A DNA stretch of 16,210 nucleotides, from contig JACRKZ010000175.1 of assembly GCA_016235455.1 (NCBI GenBank), positions 1 to 16,210 on the forward strand, written 5' to 3'. Origin of the DNA: Armatimonadota bacterium (GTDB lineage Bacteria > Armatimonadota > UBA10988). Below are positions 15,270 through 16,210 of this stretch, in pieces. Position 1 is the stretch's first letter. Each line of letters begins with the position of its first letter. The notes under the pieces were generated by a model that worked only from the letters and a program-made list of their open reading frames with translations, ran no database searches and was not told the DNA's origin. The position numbers were made by a program, and so were the translations under genes.

Positions 15270-16210
15270 CCGAACTCGCGCAACCACTCCACCACCAGCC
15301 GGGCGGTGTTGTGCAGTCCGCCCAGATGCGCCACCTCGAAGCCGTGGGTGTTCTCCGTGGCGAAGCCCAGACAGGCGGCTCGCGCCACATGGCCGCGTCG
15401 CGCGGCGAAGGTGGCATCGCTGCCGTAGCCCGAAACGCAGGCAAACTGCAGGCCGAGCCCCAGATGGCCCGCCGCCGTATCGAGTTCGCGCGCCAGGCGG
15501 TCGTCGTACAGCCCGTAGTCGTCCTGCATGAGCACCACCGGCCGCTCGTCGCAGATGGTGTGGTACTCGTCGGCCACGGGCGCCACTTCCAGCGCCAGCA
15601 GCACTTCGGCCGGATGGCGCGCGGCCAGCCACGAAGCACCCACGCCGCCGACCTCCTCGTTGGCGGTCACCGCCAGGATCAGCTCGCGTTCGGTGGTGAT
15701 ATCAGCCAGTTGGGCCAGGATGTCGAACAGCACGACCATGGCGCCTTTGTCGTCAAGGTTGTAGGCACCCACATGCTGGCCCATGACCGTCGGGCGTTTG
15801 CGGTCGCGTGAGACGACCGCCTTGGTGCCGATACTCACCCCGGCGACCGCGAGTTCGGCGGGGGAGCGGAAGGTCTCGATCCAGGCCATCTCCCAGGTCA
15901 GCGCCTCGCTGCGCGCCGAGAAGTTGGGCGTCTCGTGTGAGGTGTGTCGCGATCCAAACGAGAGGATGCCGGGCACGGTCTCGTCGGCGCCGAGCACATC
16001 CATCGGCCCTTCGCCGTAGGCCCATGGCCACAGGGCGCCGATGGGCCGCACTTGCAGGCGGCCGTCATGGTCGACGCGCTTGACGATGACCCCCAGCTCA
16101 TCCTTGTGAGCCGTGACGATGACCCGCCGGTCGGGTTGCCGGCCGGGCCGCAGAACGAACAGGTTGCCAGCCGGGTCGCGCTGGCATGCGCCGCCATACT
16201 GGCCGAACAA
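15266..16210 (-). CDS. M42-family metallopeptidase (TET/FrvX-like), 5'-partial
   Basis: DPAGNL, TAHKDELG, NLDDKG, TANEEVG, GSDA, THGFEVAH. The TTG at 16210 is only the window edge. Stop overlaps the znuB stop (CTAG, 15266-15269). Confidence 0.88.
   Translation of the reverse strand: MFGQYGGACQRDPAGNLFVLRPGRQPDRRVIVTAHKDELGVIVKRVDHDGRLQVRPIGALWPWAYGEGPMDVLGADETVPGILSFGSRHTSHETPNFSARSEALTWEMAWIETFRSPAELAVAGVSIGTKAVVSRDRKRPTVMGQHVGAYNLDDKGAMVVLFDILAQLADITTERELILAVTANEEVGGVGASWLAARHPAEVLLALEVAPVADEYHTICDERPVVLMQDDYGLYDDRLARELDTAAGHLGLGLQFACVSGYGSDATFAARRGHVARAACLGFATENTHGFEVAHLGGLHNTARLVVEWLREFG

Noticed and set aside
14328-15632. 434-aa minus-strand ORF across znuB and the peptidase
   Set aside because: Antisense to znuB and out of frame with the M42 gene; low-complexity Arg/Gln/His translation.
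1-16210. CRISPR array, tRNA/rRNA, IS or prophage elements, c-di-GMP riboswitch
   Set aside because: No spaced direct repeats, RNA gene signatures or transposase/integrase motifs seen; predicted leaders are short and no GEMM-like motif was recognised.

Overview
High-GC bacterial window, fully coding apart from short intergenic gaps. Left to right: (1) a partial minus-strand chemoreceptor-like (MCP) gene missing from the ORF track, whose CheA/CheW-binding hairpin tip is degenerate; (2) divergently, a tightly coupled pilM-pilN-pilO-pilP-like-'pilQ' cluster in which the PilQ-position protein has only periplasmic AMIN-like/N0/N-repeat domains and no secretin barrel; (3) directly downstream, a SigB/SigF/SigG-family sigma factor fused to a catalytically degenerate GGDEF domain (GGDEF->DERRF) that keeps the RxxD c-di-GMP I-site; (4) a membrane-anchored TolB-like beta-propeller protein; (5) a minus-strand GHL10 glycoside hydrolase-like protein; (6) a znuACB-type metal ABC transporter with a Fur-family (Zur-like) palindrome over its promoter; (7) a partial M42 peptidase. 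The best candidate for an undescribed system is 1-8840: a type IV pilus-derived envelope module, a putative c-di-GMP-sensing sigma factor and a CheA-uncoupled chemoreceptor, all intact but lacking canonical catalytic or structural parts. All calls come from motif reading by eye; no searches were run.
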